A DNA stretch of 60,301 nt from IMG/VR virus record IMGVR_UViG_3300045988_176983, positions 1-60,301 of that record; one strand, given 5' to 3'. The DNA is from a virus. The position numbers and the translations under genes are program-made. Positions 18,553-28,709 of the stretch are shown one piece after another; the first letter of the stretch is position 1; each line of letters starts with the position of its first letter. Under the pieces are notes generated by a model. It worked only from the letters and a program-made list of their open reading frames with translations, made no database searches and was not told the origin of the DNA.

Positions 18553-21500
18553 ATGGCAAAGATAATACTTGACGTAGAATTAAAAAATACACTTGCTACG
18601 CAACAGTTAAAGCAACTCGAAACTTCTATAAAGTCGGTTGCCGATTCTTTAAGCGGCGTAAAGGTAAACAAAGACCTTACGACGCAGATAAACTCTTTAA
18701 CGAAGTATTATAATTCGCTTGCGAAAGTCGCGCAAAAGACTTTACAGGTCAACAACAAAAATGCCATTGCGGAACAGAAATTAGCGCAAGAAAAGGCAAA
18801 AACCGCAACGGCAATGGCAAAGCAGGCAGATGCGGAAAATAAAGAATTTACCTCTAAAATAAAAGCGACCAAAGCGGTAGAAGACTATACTAAAACCGAG
18901 CAAAAAAACACGAAAGCAATAAAAGAAAACACCCAAGCAAACAAAGATAATCAACAGAGTATGCTTTCGATGATGCAGGGTTTCTTGCGCTGGCAAGTAG
19001 TCGCTACTTTGGTAATGAAACCGCTGAATCTTATTAGAAGCGCGTTTGCTTCTATCAATACAACTTTGGTTGAAACGGAAGATAGGATTATCGAGTTGCA
19101 ACGCGTTTTGCCGAGCGGCTCGATAGGTGATAAAGACCTTTCGGATAAATTGTATAAAATGGCGCAGGAATACGGGCAGACATTTGAAAACGTAAGTCAG
19201 ATAGCCCTTAATTTCGCGCGTTCGGGTATGAATACTGTCGAAACCTTAAAAGCGACGGAAGCGGCGGTTGTCGCTCTTAATGTAGCCGAACTCGACGCAA
19301 CGCAGGCTTCCGACGGCTTGATCGCCATAATGCAACAGTTCGGATTGTCTGCTGACGATTTAATGCTTATCGTCGATAAACTCAATATAACGGCGGATAA
19401 TGCTGCGGTTACGACCGATAAACTTTTAACGGCGTTGCAAAGAACGGGTTCTTCGGCGAAAAACGCAAATCTTAATCTTGACGAAACCGTAAGCATAATT
19501 ACCGCACTGTCGGAAGCGACGGGCAGAAGCGGTGAAAACCTCGGTACTGCCGTCAACTCGCTTATACAATTTTCTACGAAGAGTTCCGCGCTCGATACTT
19601 TCGCAAAATTAAGCGAAAATATGGCGAATATCGTCAACGATTTCCGCCACGGCAAAGGCACGGTGCTTGATATTTGGCAGGGTTTGTCGGAAGAAATCAA
19701 AAACACTAACGGGCAAAACGAAAGTATTCTCGGCACGCTGTTTACCGACGACGATTGGCGTAACCTTAACGACGAATTACAAGACGCTCTCGGCGAAAAT
19801 TACGCCAAAGTAACCGAAATCTACGACACGGCAAGTACGTTCCGTAAAAACTATTTTATCGCTCTCTTAAACAATATGGACAGCGTTAAAAAGGCACAGG
19901 AAACGTTAGCCGACGCTGCGGGATATTCTCAAAAAGAAAACGAGGAGTATTTAGATACTTATACTGCAAAACTTAATTCACTGAAAGAGCAGTGGAGAGC
20001 ATTGGTTAATGATGAACAAGGTTTCTTGGGATTCAAAAAGGTTTTGGTTCAAATCGCTTCATGGTTATTAACCGCAGTTAAGTATACAGGTGGTTTGCAT
20101 AGTATTATTCTGACAACTGCTTCTGCTTTGACTTTATTATATGCCCCTAAAATAATGGAGGGGTTAAACAAATTAAAAAATAGAATAAAAGAGGTTGTAA
20201 CAGAATTAAAAAATGTAAAATCCGCTTCTGCCGCGTCGAAGGCTGGGCTTGTCGGTTTGGCACTTGCCGCAATCGTAACAATAATAAGTGTTAGTAATCA
20301 AATTGCAAAAAGCATAAGCGAAGCAAAAACTGCCGTCATAGAAAAGGCATTTGAAGATTATGAAAATATTAAAGAATCGGCGGATAAATTATCAAGCCTT
20401 TATAGTGCATACCAACAATACAGTTCTATTCAAAATCGTACTGTTGAGCAAGATAAAACATATTCTCAAATACAAAAAGACATTGTAGAAAGTCTTGGAA
20501 ATCGTGCAAAAGCCTTAAAGGGATTAACAGAAGGCACAAAAGAATACAACGATAAATTAAATGAGATTACTTCGGAAGAAATGTTAAGTAATGCCAACAA
20601 GGCTTCCAAAGTAGCAAAGGAATATGAATATAGATTTCAACACGAAGAGGGATTAACTGGTTCAGGGTGGTTTAACGAGGTTCAACACAAGTATTATGAC
20701 GGGTGGAAAGCGATTTGGGATGATCTGTGGGAAAATGAACGTGGCGACCCAAATAGTTTAGATGATAGTTTGGCTTGGAATAAATTCATAGAGAATTTCC
20801 AAAAAGAGATGCCTATTGCGGATAGAATTTCCTATTTAAGGAAAATGTCTAAAAGATATTTGGATGCAGGAAACGATAAACGTGCAGGTTATGTCAATGA
20901 AATAGCGGATTACTATCAGAAACAGTACGATGCTTATATTGAAGCAAAAATACGTGAATTGACTTACTCTCAATTGGCAAAAGGTGATATTTCTTCGCAA
21001 GAAGATTATGAAAGTTTGTTTAATAGAATTGTCAATACTTTGTCTAAATACGGCGAAGTTAATGAGGCGGACGTAAAAGATATACTCGATAATTTATTAC
21101 GCTCGGAATCGAAAGGGTTTAACAATGTTGATGTTTGGTCGAACGATTTATCCAAAGTTGCAAGTAAGTATAAAGACATTGCAAACGCCTTAAAAGAAAT
21201 CCGCGACACCCAAAAAGAAACCGCCGATTACGAAGAAAAGCGATTAGCCGTTTTAGAAGCCGAAAAAGCGTTGACAGAAGCGCAAAATCAAAGAAACGTA
21301 AGAGTGTTTAATGCCGAAACGGGGAATTGGGAATGGCAACGCAACGAAGAAGCGGTCGAAAAGGCACAAAAGAATCTCGATAAGGCGAAAGAAAACGTTC
21401 AGGACGCGGCGTGGGATGACGTTCTGAATTTGTTAGATAAAGACAGCACGACTAACAAAGAATTGTTAGAAACGCTCGATAAATGGGCGAAAGCCTATGA

Positions 21501-21972
21501 GGGAACTTTCGGCGAAGGTGAAACGCCTGAATTTGTTGACAAAATTATCGACGCGATAGAAAAGAGCGGTCGCGTACATATTCGCTCGACAGAGGGCGAA
21601 GAGGGTGCAGACGGAACGACCGACGGAGAAGAAACGCCGACTTATGATAGCGGTGGTGTCTTGCACGGTTTAGGAGGCATAAAAGCGACTTCGCGCGACG
21701 AAATAGTGTTGCCTCCTGAATTAGCCGAGAAGATACTCAATCCGACCTCTAACGCTCAATTTAAGGCTTTTGCCGATAGTCTTGGGCTTTTATTCGGCGC
21801 AACAAACCGTAGCCCGATACTATCGCGTAGCGACATTATTACAAACGGCGGAAGTACGGTAAACAATTCCAACAGCAATGCTTACGTCGTAAACGGAGTA
21901 CCGATAAGCGCGGAAGACGCACAAACAAAAACAATCGTTCAATTATTTGAAAATATGGGTTTAGTAAATTAA
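18553..21972 (+). CDS. Tail tape measure protein
   Basis: 1139 aa, largely coiled-coil, with a central hydrophobic stretch (ASWLLTAVKYTGGLHSIILTTASALTLLYAP, LVGLALAAIVTIISV). The N-terminal core resembles TP901-type TMPs (ETEDRIIELQRVLP). Confidence 0.85.
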   Translation: MAKIILDVELKNTLATQQLKQLETSIKSVADSLSGVKVNKDLTTQINSLTKYYNSLAKVAQKTLQVNNKNAIAEQKLAQEKAKTATAMAKQADAENKEFTSKIKATKAVEDYTKTEQKNTKAIKENTQANKDNQQSMLSMMQGFLRWQVVATLVMKPLNLIRSAFASINTTLVETEDRIIELQRVLPSGSIGDKDLSDKLYKMAQEYGQTFENVSQIALNFARSGMNTVETLKATEAAVVALNVAELDATQASDGLIAIMQQFGLSADDLMLIVDKLNITADNAAVTTDKLLTALQRTGSSAKNANLNLDETVSIITALSEATGRSGENLGTAVNSLIQFSTKSSALDTFAKLSENMANIVNDFRHGKGTVLDIWQGLSEEIKNTNGQNESILGTLFTDDDWRNLNDELQDALGENYAKVTEIYDTASTFRKNYFIALLNNMDSVKKAQETLADAAGYSQKENEEYLDTYTAKLNSLKEQWRALVNDEQGFLGFKKVLVQIASWLLTAVKYTGGLHSIILTTASALTLLYAPKIMEGLNKLKNRIKEVVTELKNVKSASAASKAGLVGLALAAIVTIISVSNQIAKSISEAKTAVIEKAFEDYENIKESADKLSSLYSAYQQYSSIQNRTVEQDKTYSQIQKDIVESLGNRAKALKGLTEGTKEYNDKLNEITSEEMLSNANKASKVAKEYEYRFQHEEGLTGSGWFNEVQHKYYDGWKAIWDDLWENERGDPNSLDDSLAWNKFIENFQKEMPIADRISYLRKMSKRYLDAGNDKRAGYVNEIADYYQKQYDAYIEAKIRELTYSQLAKGDISSQEDYESLFNRIVNTLSKYGEVNEADVKDILDNLLRSESKGFNNVDVWSNDLSKVASKYKDIANALKEIRDTQKETADYEEKRLAVLEAEKALTEAQNQRNVRVFNAETGNWEWQRNEEAVEKAQKNLDKAKENVQDAAWDDVLNLLDKDSTTNKELLETLDKWAKAYEGTFGEGETPEFVDKIIDAIEKSGRVHIRSTEGEEGADGTTDGEETPTYDSGGVLHGLGGIKATSRDEIVLPPELAEKILNPTSNAQFKAFADSLGLLFGATNRSPILSRSDIITNGGSTVNNSNSNAYVVNGVPISAEDAQTKTIVQLFENMGLVN

Positions 21973-21986
21973 AGGAGATATTTCAT

Positions 21987-24140
21987 ATGGCTTTATTTCA
22001 ACCTTCGAACATAACGCCTTCGTCGTTTGCGGGCGTAGGCGGCGGAACGATAGACGCTTACGATAAATTTCAAATGTCGTGGCAATTGAACGGCAATTCG
22101 CAGTTAGTCGGATATTGCATTGATTCATATATTAAAAATGCCGATGGAACATATACGAGCGTCGGTCATTTCCCGCCGACGGGCGACCTAACTAACGATT
22201 TCGGCATAAAATTAAAAAAAGTCGATCCGCCTGTATTTCCGACGGACGCAAAAGGTAATCCGACGGTATTTGTTGCCACCGACACAAGCGGAAATAATAA
22301 TGAATGGGCGAGTTCCGGGTTGGAATTTCAACAGGGTAAAGAATATGCTTTATATATTACGCAAGTTTGGCAAGAAGGAACTACCTTAAAAAAAATAACG
22401 CAAGTTGCCCCGTCTGCCATTATAACGAGAGAAACTCCAACGCTTACCATAACTCGCGTAACGAATGGGTTAAACGAAGATTCAATAGAATTTACGGGAA
22501 CTTTTTCGCAGGCGCAAAACGATACCATATCGTGGGTGCAGTGGGTTCTTTACAATGCAGACGGGGATATAATCGACGATACTTTCCCAATTGCGACAAT
22601 GGTGTTAGAATACTTTTATGAAGGCTTGCTTGCGGGTGATTACAGGATTGTTTGCACTGTGGAATCGTCGAGCGGACAACTTGTTTCTGCCGAGCGATCA
22701 TTTACTGTTAGTCAAAATTTACCCGTAGGTACGCAATCACCTACGGTGTATTGTCGCTCTCCATATTCTTTAATTAGTTGGAACAAAAGTGCAATTACGA
22801 CTTCAATTCCCGTTATAGAAAATATCGGAACAGAATTTGTAGGGCAGCCGTCAAAGTATTGGCTCGGTTTCAAAAATCAAGACGCGTCAGGAAATCTTTT
22901 AACAACTGCAACATTGTTGTGGCAAAAAAAATATGTTAATGGTTTGGAATATGGCACATTGGATTTTCCTGCTGATACTTTCGTGTATATCCGGTGCGAG
23001 GTTGCAGATGATTTGACCTTTATTTTTGCACGGAGTAATACCGATGATAATATTGCAACAACTATCAGTTGCAGTAAGACAAATAAAAAAATCACAATCA
23101 AGACAAAACTTGATTTAGTAACCCAAACTTCTGAATTTGATATTGTTTCAAACGATATTATTATAGAAGTAGACAAAATAAGCAGACAAATTACATTGTA
23201 TGATAATGGTAAGGTTACGACTCAAACTGCGACATTGTTGAATTTAGGTATATGGCATATTCGCGTAAACAAATCAATGAACGGAACTTCTGCCGGTGCG
23301 ACTATCGAAGGGAAAATTGCGGGAATTGCAGTAAGTACAAAAAAACTTACAGTTACGAATAATATGTTTCAGGACGGCAATCCGTCGCAAAAGGATAGCG
23401 GAGTTTTATTTTTAACTGATTTTGCAAATAATAGTTACAACGCCGGCGATATTAACGGCGTAAAATCAAGTAGGGTCTTTTACAGAAAGGAAGCAAATGA
23501 AAAACAGTATCTCAAAATGGGCGTTTTCGATTCGACGATTACTTCGTTTAAGGATTTCGGAATAGTTCCGAGTAAGAAATTTTTCTATAAAGTTTACAAT
23601 GCGTATGACGGCTCTTATTTAACTTACGAAGACAGTAATGAGATTTCCCCGTATGATACGGCTTACTATTTAATCGAGGGTAGTCAAACGGCGGACGAGC
23701 CGAACATTTTCCACGTTTTAAGATATTGGAAATTCGGAAATAACATTTCGGCGGGAAGTGTAAGCAACAATAACACGCCGAATTGGCTCACAAACTTTAC
23801 GGGGTACAGGCTTCGTCAAGCGTCGTCGAGAAGAGGGCGTAGCGGTACGCTACAAGCCTTGTTATCAAACGTTTCAAACGTAAGTTATGCTGACACTTCC
23901 GACTTTATGGATTCGCTCTATGTGGCGAGTTTATCGCGGAATACTTTTTTCCTTAAAGACACGAAAGGTAACATTTATAAGGTCGCTATCTCTGCGCCGA
24001 TAACACAGACGATCAACACGAAAACGAACGTACAGGAAGTTACGGTTTCTATTCCGTGGGAAGAAATCGGCACAATGAAAAACGTTGCTTTAATTCAAAC
24101 GTCGGAAGACGCAAATTGGAACAATTCAAAGCAAAATTAA
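21987..24140 (+). CDS. Distal tail / baseplate protein (candidate)
   Basis: 717 aa with RBS aaaggaga. It is the first gene after the tape measure. Confidence 0.5.
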   Translation: MALFQPSNITPSSFAGVGGGTIDAYDKFQMSWQLNGNSQLVGYCIDSYIKNADGTYTSVGHFPPTGDLTNDFGIKLKKVDPPVFPTDAKGNPTVFVATDTSGNNNEWASSGLEFQQGKEYALYITQVWQEGTTLKKITQVAPSAIITRETPTLTITRVTNGLNEDSIEFTGTFSQAQNDTISWVQWVLYNADGDIIDDTFPIATMVLEYFYEGLLAGDYRIVCTVESSSGQLVSAERSFTVSQNLPVGTQSPTVYCRSPYSLISWNKSAITTSIPVIENIGTEFVGQPSKYWLGFKNQDASGNLLTTATLLWQKKYVNGLEYGTLDFPADTFVYIRCEVADDLTFIFARSNTDDNIATTISCSKTNKKITIKTKLDLVTQTSEFDIVSNDIIIEVDKISRQITLYDNGKVTTQTATLLNLGIWHIRVNKSMNGTSAGATIEGKIAGIAVSTKKLTVTNNMFQDGNPSQKDSGVLFLTDFANNSYNAGDINGVKSSRVFYRKEANEKQYLKMGVFDSTITSFKDFGIVPSKKFFYKVYNAYDGSYLTYEDSNEISPYDTAYYLIEGSQTADEPNIFHVLRYWKFGNNISAGSVSNNNTPNWLTNFTGYRLRQASSRRGRSGTLQALLSNVSNVSYADTSDFMDSLYVASLSRNTFFLKDTKGNIYKVAISAPITQTINTKTNVQEVTVSIPWEEIGTMKNVALIQTSEDANWNNSKQN

Positions 24141-24149
24141 GGTGGTTTT

Positions 24150-25463
24150 ATGGCTAATCAAAGCGAACGTTATTTAAGATATTTAGACGCGTTGTTAAAC
24201 CCGTTTCAAAAACTCACGAAATTAGAGTTTTTACAGCCCGATAATTCCGTTGCGTTCTTTTTGAGTAATGCCAACGGTTATCGGCGCGGTTACAACCCCA
24301 AATATCAATCATCGGCGTTAGTACAACAAGGCACGTTAAGCGTTTCGTTTCAGAACGGAGCAAGGCGAAAGGCGAGCATTACGCTTTCTGATATCGATAA
24401 CGCATTTGAATATAACGTCAACAACATTTGGTTCGGGCAAAAGATAAGGCTTTCTATGGGTCTTGTTTTGCCCGACGGAACGGATTTTTATTTACCGCAA
24501 ATGGTAGGGCTTATCAAAAACCCGCAGTCGGTATTAAGCGAAAATCAAAAAACGGTAACGTTTCCTTTGGTCGATAAATGGGCTAATCTTGACGGATCTT
24601 TATTCGGTAAGTTGACCGATACCTATACGGCAAAGCAAAGCACTGCGGAATATGCCGTATATATGGCAATCGCGAACTTATTAAAGACATCGATATACGA
24701 CCATAAATTAACCGAAGATATTAACGCAATGATAGATAACGTCGCGCCAATATTCACGAATTATTACGACGGAAAGAATTACGCCGTTTTAGATGGCGAC
24801 GGCTCTCAAACAAGAACGGCTTCTATGACCGAAATCCCGTTTGATATTTCAGAAAACGGCGGAAGCAACTTCGCTCAATTACTGCTTCAATTTAACGACG
24901 TTTTAGCGGGTATAATCGGCTACGACCAAACGGGGGCGTTGAGATTAGAACCATCGCAAACAGATATAAACGACATAGAAAAGCCTGTTTTGTGGCAATT
25001 CACGCAGCGCAACAGCACTCTTTCGCAAATATCCGAAACGATAAAAAACGACGAAGTATACAACGACGTGATAATTGTGGGCGGCGGCAACACCGACGGC
25101 GGTATATGGGGAAGAGCAAGCAATGACGATCCCAACAGTGATACAAGTATAAGCGCGATAGGGTTAAAGACATACCGTGAAACGAAAGCAAATTATTTTA
25201 ATACGAAGCAATGTACCGCGCTTGCCGAATATTACTTAAAGCGTAAAACTATTTTGCAAAAATCCGTCAACATAACGAGCAGTCAAATGTTTCACCTTGT
25301 TGAAAATCAACTTGTTTCGGTACAGAGAACGGATAAACCGCATAATCCGACGGAAAGACATTTAATAAACTCGTTCTCTCTACCAATAGGGGAAACAGGG
25401 GCAATGACTATAAACGCAACGAGTGTCGCCGATATACCGAATTTTACGGTTACGTCGAAATAA
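24150..25463 (+). CDS. Tail tip / baseplate hub protein (candidate)
   Basis: 437 aa. It is the second gene after the tape measure. Confidence 0.45.
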   Translation: MANQSERYLRYLDALLNPFQKLTKLEFLQPDNSVAFFLSNANGYRRGYNPKYQSSALVQQGTLSVSFQNGARRKASITLSDIDNAFEYNVNNIWFGQKIRLSMGLVLPDGTDFYLPQMVGLIKNPQSVLSENQKTVTFPLVDKWANLDGSLFGKLTDTYTAKQSTAEYAVYMAIANLLKTSIYDHKLTEDINAMIDNVAPIFTNYYDGKNYAVLDGDGSQTRTASMTEIPFDISENGGSNFAQLLLQFNDVLAGIIGYDQTGALRLEPSQTDINDIEKPVLWQFTQRNSTLSQISETIKNDEVYNDVIIVGGGNTDGGIWGRASNDDPNSDTSISAIGLKTYRETKANYFNTKQCTALAEYYLKRKTILQKSVNITSSQMFHLVENQLVSVQRTDKPHNPTERHLINSFSLPIGETGAMTINATSVADIPNFTVTSK

Positions 25464-25484
25464 GTAAAATAAAGGAGAATATAT

Positions 25485-26663
25485 ATGTCGAATTTGGCGG
25501 ATAGTTTAGCAATTAAACGCGCGATAGAACAGGTCGTAGACGAGAGAATCGCTAAAATAACGGACGTTTGTTTTAGAGTTTACAAGGCACTTGTTATATC
25601 GGTAAACGGCGACAAAATGACCGTAAATATTTTAGGTGATAAACTTGACGATACGATTACTATACCGTATTCTACCGCCGTTTCTGACGCTGTACGCGGA
25701 GATTATGTTTTAGTCGCAACAACTTACAATTCGTGGCGAAATGCCGTTGTATGGCAAAAGTGGAATTTCAAATCACCTGACGGCGGTGGAAAGATTGAAG
25801 TTGATACCGAAATGAGCGATTCTTCGACAAACGCCGTACAAAACAGAGTAATTAAGTCATACGTGGACGAGGTGGCAGGAACAAAGCAAGATCAGTTAAA
25901 TGAAACTCAACTTGCTGCGGTCAACAGCGGAATTACGCAAAGCAAGGTTACAAGGTATGACGAATTAAATCAAGTTGAGGCAAATCCATCCCAAGCGGGT
26001 TCGTATGAACTTACTAAATTGCAAGTAGGGAATACTGTGTACAATTTACCGACCGGCGGGGGCGAAATCCCAAGTGGAACGCCTGAAACCGCTATTCTTT
26101 TTGGAGACGGTCAGTGGAGAACACCTGTTGTAATAAATGGTGTATCTTTTAAGGATTTCTCGGATAAAAGTGCATCAACAAAAAAAATATGGACTCCGGT
26201 AATAGGTAGTCCATTTGCTACCGATTATTCGGGGAATATCAAATATTATGCTAATTCAAGGGCAAAAGCATATTGTGCAACATATCCCGGTTCTACTGTG
26301 CCGACTTGGTTTGATACTTTTGATAGCGAAACTTATGAAATGTTTCCTGTAACTTATTCATTACCCACTAATGCTACGGCAAAGGCGTATACAATAGCCC
26401 GCGATTTGAGGTGGTGTCGAGCCGTAACATTTATGGTAGGTCATAAAGACGGACATTTTATCATAAATACCATAACAGCCGCAATGTTGCACAATTCGAC
26501 GTTTGTTGGAAAGTATTTTACTGTTGACGATTCAAGCAATGGTTTTCAAATAATGATTTCAAATATGTCATCGACTTCAAACGGTGAAAGTACCACAATA
26601 ACCGTTAAAAATAGTAGTTACAATAATCTTACAAAAGGGCTATACGCCTTTCTATTGTATTGA
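25485..26663 (+). CDS. Tail fibre / receptor-binding protein (candidate)
   Basis: 392 aa with RBS aaaggaga. It carries a SSTNAVQNRVIKSYVDEV motif of the kind seen in phage tail fibres. Confidence 0.5.
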   Translation: MSNLADSLAIKRAIEQVVDERIAKITDVCFRVYKALVISVNGDKMTVNILGDKLDDTITIPYSTAVSDAVRGDYVLVATTYNSWRNAVVWQKWNFKSPDGGGKIEVDTEMSDSSTNAVQNRVIKSYVDEVAGTKQDQLNETQLAAVNSGITQSKVTRYDELNQVEANPSQAGSYELTKLQVGNTVYNLPTGGGEIPSGTPETAILFGDGQWRTPVVINGVSFKDFSDKSASTKKIWTPVIGSPFATDYSGNIKYYANSRAKAYCATYPGSTVPTWFDTFDSETYEMFPVTYSLPTNATAKAYTIARDLRWCRAVTFMVGHKDGHFIINTITAAMLHNSTFVGKYFTVDDSSNGFQIMISNMSSTSNGESTTITVKNSSYNNLTKGLYAFLLY

Positions 26664-26679
26664 GGAGAGTGATACGAGA

Positions 26680-27108
26680 ATGTATGTATTTAATTACAAA
26701 ATAAATGACCGCGAAGCGTTTACCTATTATTGGGTAAGGGAAAACGAAGATTACAAAAGAAATATTGTCAAAAACGCGGAATATGATTTTATTCTAACCG
26801 ACAGTATACCAAAGTTTGATATTTTCGGTGAATTATATCCCGTAGTTGACGAAATTACTTCGGTGAACGAAAACGGACACAAAGTCGGCACATTAAAATT
26901 AGTACCGCATATTCAAAGCGACGAGGGGAAAAGAGAAGAGATACGATACAATCGCGAGCAGAAGTGCTTTCCAATAATCAATCGCGGAAAGTTGTGGTAC
27001 GATAAACTAACTGACGAGCAATTAAAAGAGTTGGGCGAATGGTATGTGGCATGGTTAAATGCGCCTGAAACGATGATTGAGCCTGCCGATTTAGAATGGA
27101 TTAAATAA
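26680..27108 (+). CDS. Hypothetical protein, last gene of the rightward late operon (142 aa)
   Basis: RBS gaggagag is present. It is followed by a bidirectional terminator. Confidence 0.55.
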   Translation: MYVFNYKINDREAFTYYWVRENEDYKRNIVKNAEYDFILTDSIPKFDIFGELYPVVDEITSVNENGHKVGTLKLVPHIQSDEGKREEIRYNREQKCFPIINRGKLWYDKLTDEQLKELGEWYVAWLNAPETMIEPADLEWIK

Positions 27109-27114
27109 TAAAAT

Positions 27115-27160
27115 AAACGCGTTATTACACCTTTGAAAGTGCGATAACGCGTTTTTATGT
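27115..27160. terminator. Bidirectional intrinsic terminator between convergent operons
   Basis: aaacgcgttat (27115..27125) pairs with ataacgcgttt (27144..27154), giving an 11-bp stem with an A-run before it and a T-run after it. Confidence 0.75.
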
Positions 27161-27164
27161 TTAT

Positions 27165-27671
27165 TTAGGATAGCGGTCTATCGCCGATAAGATAGGCTTC
27201 TATTGCCGATTTAAGGGCTTCTTTTTTCCCATTGTCGGGCAACGTTTCAATGGCGGCGTTTATGCGGTCTAACACTCGTTCTCTACGTTGTTCGGCGGTT
27301 TCCTCCTCTCGGTCTTTCCTTTGCTCTCTTTTTTCTTTCCAGTCTTCGACCATAACGTTATCAAGTCGCCAGAGTTGTTTTCTTAATAACTTCTTTCGGT
27401 CTTCGATTTCGGCAAGTTGATTTTGTAATTCTTCCTTTTCGATTTTATTGCCGAGAACCTGTTTGCCGATTAAATAATAATCGGGGCAACCGTTCTTTGC
27501 GTCATAAACGGTAATATCTACTCTTTTGCCGTTTTCAAGTTCTATAATCGGTTCAAAAAAACCTCTTTCCTCACAAATCGGGCAATGGCAAATATCGACT
27601 ATTCTGCCTTGTATTCCGTCGTAAGTTATCACCTTATCGCCGACGTTAAATTTTATCTTTATATCTTCCAT
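27165..27671 (-). CDS. Hypothetical protein with a Cys cluster and a charged coiled coil (168 aa)
   Basis: RBS aaaggag is present. Contains CHCPICEERG and then a KREQRKDREEETAEQRRER-type stretch. Confidence 0.55.
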   Translation of the reverse strand: MEDIKIKFNVGDKVITYDGIQGRIVDICHCPICEERGFFEPIIELENGKRVDITVYDAKNGCPDYYLIGKQVLGNKIEKEELQNQLAEIEDRKKLLRKQLWRLDNVMVEDWKEKREQRKDREEETAEQRRERVLDRINAAIETLPDNGKKEALKSAIEAYLIGDRPLS

Positions 27672-27819
27672 TATTCTTTTGCTCCTTTAATTTATCGTAG
27701 CAGTCTTTGCATATTCCTGCGTATTTAGCCGTCCATATAAGGTCGGAATTAAAACATATCTTTCCGCATATTTCGCACGGTTTATAGTCTATCGTTGGCT
27801 GTGGAGTGTAAGGAAACAT
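27646..27819 (-). CDS. Small zinc-ribbon-like protein (57 aa)
   Basis: The start was moved to the Met preceded by aaaaggag. Contains CEICGK...CKDC. Confidence 0.45.
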   Translation of the reverse strand: MFPYTPQPTIDYKPCEICGKICFNSDLIWTAKYAGICKDCYDKLKEQKNNGRYKDKI

Positions 27820-27820
27820 A

Positions 27821-28288
27821 TCAAAACAACTCCTTTTCAATGATATCTCTGTGTTTACGTATGTTTTCTATTGTTTCTTCCGAAAGGGGAAGAATAGGCT
27901 CAACGTGGTATTCTTTTCTTAAATAAGCGAACGCAAAGCCGTAGGCATCTAACTCAACTTCTTGATTGTTGTAGTCGTTTTTATCGTTGCTGTTCGCCAA
28001 TGTTATGTCGTAGTCTTTTATTAAATCATGTTCGATTTGATAGCAATGCCGTAATTCGTGGGCAAGAATCATAATAAAAAATGCAAGATTTGCGTCGGTC
28101 ATATCGTTATAAAGAAATTGATTAGACAATAAGATAGTCAAATCGTCTTTGCTTCCCGTTACGGCAGAGACCAAAGTTTCCGTGGGAAATTTATCTTGCG
28201 GTTGCCATTTTATTTTCGGTTCTTTGATTTTGAGAATGTGGCAACACTCGTACATAGTCCTATGCAAGTACATTTTCCAATAGGTCAT
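27821..28288 (-). CDS. Putative zinc metallopeptidase (HExxH)
   Basis: The ILAHELRHCYQ motif is present. Which family (ImmA/IrrE-like or SprT-like) cannot be decided by eye. Confidence 0.5.
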   Translation of the reverse strand: MTYWKMYLHRTMYECCHILKIKEPKIKWQPQDKFPTETLVSAVTGSKDDLTILLSNQFLYNDMTDANLAFFIMILAHELRHCYQIEHDLIKDYDITLANSNDKNDYNNQEVELDAYGFAFAYLRKEYHVEPILPLSEETIENIRKHRDIIEKELF

Positions 28289-28617
28289 TATGCGGTGATC
28301 TCCTTTGCGTAAATATCGAAGTCGCTCGTTATATACATTTTTCGCTTTTTATTGTATTTCATTGTCTGAATCGTGATAAATTCTATCCCGAAGGCAACGT
28401 CGTTATTTATGCTTCGGTGTCCGTCAAAGCAATATTGTTTGTCTTTTGAAAGGTATTGTTCGGTATCTTCAATTGTCGATTGAGCGATCGTAACGAACGA
28501 GACCGATTGTAATTTTTCGTCCTGTTCGATATCCTTATATCCGAGTAATATCATTCTGTTTTTAATTTGCTCGCGGTCGGCGAGTTTTACAACTTGTGTT
28601 AATTGTTCGTAGTTCAT
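28288..28617 (-). CDS. Hypothetical protein (109 aa)
   Basis: RBS aaaggaaaaaac is present. A near-consensus promoter lies upstream. Confidence 0.55.
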   Translation of the reverse strand: MNYEQLTQVVKLADREQIKNRMILLGYKDIEQDEKLQSVSFVTIAQSTIEDTEQYLSKDKQYCFDGHRSINNDVAFGIEFITIQTMKYNKKRKMYITSDFDIYAKEITA

Positions 28618-28677
28618 TTTGTTTTTTCCTTTGCTTGCTGTTCGTCAAGCCTTATAAGATTTTATTTTGTGTTTTTA

Positions 28678-28706
28678 ATTATAACGGCTGTTCGCCGTAA
28701 AGTCAA
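28678..28706 (-). promoter_or_regulatory. Sigma-70-type promoter (TTGACT-17-TATAAT) reading leftward
   Basis: The minus strand reads cttgactttacggcgaacagccgttataat. One CGAACAG copy sits in the spacer. Confidence 0.6.
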
Positions 28707-28709
28707 GTG

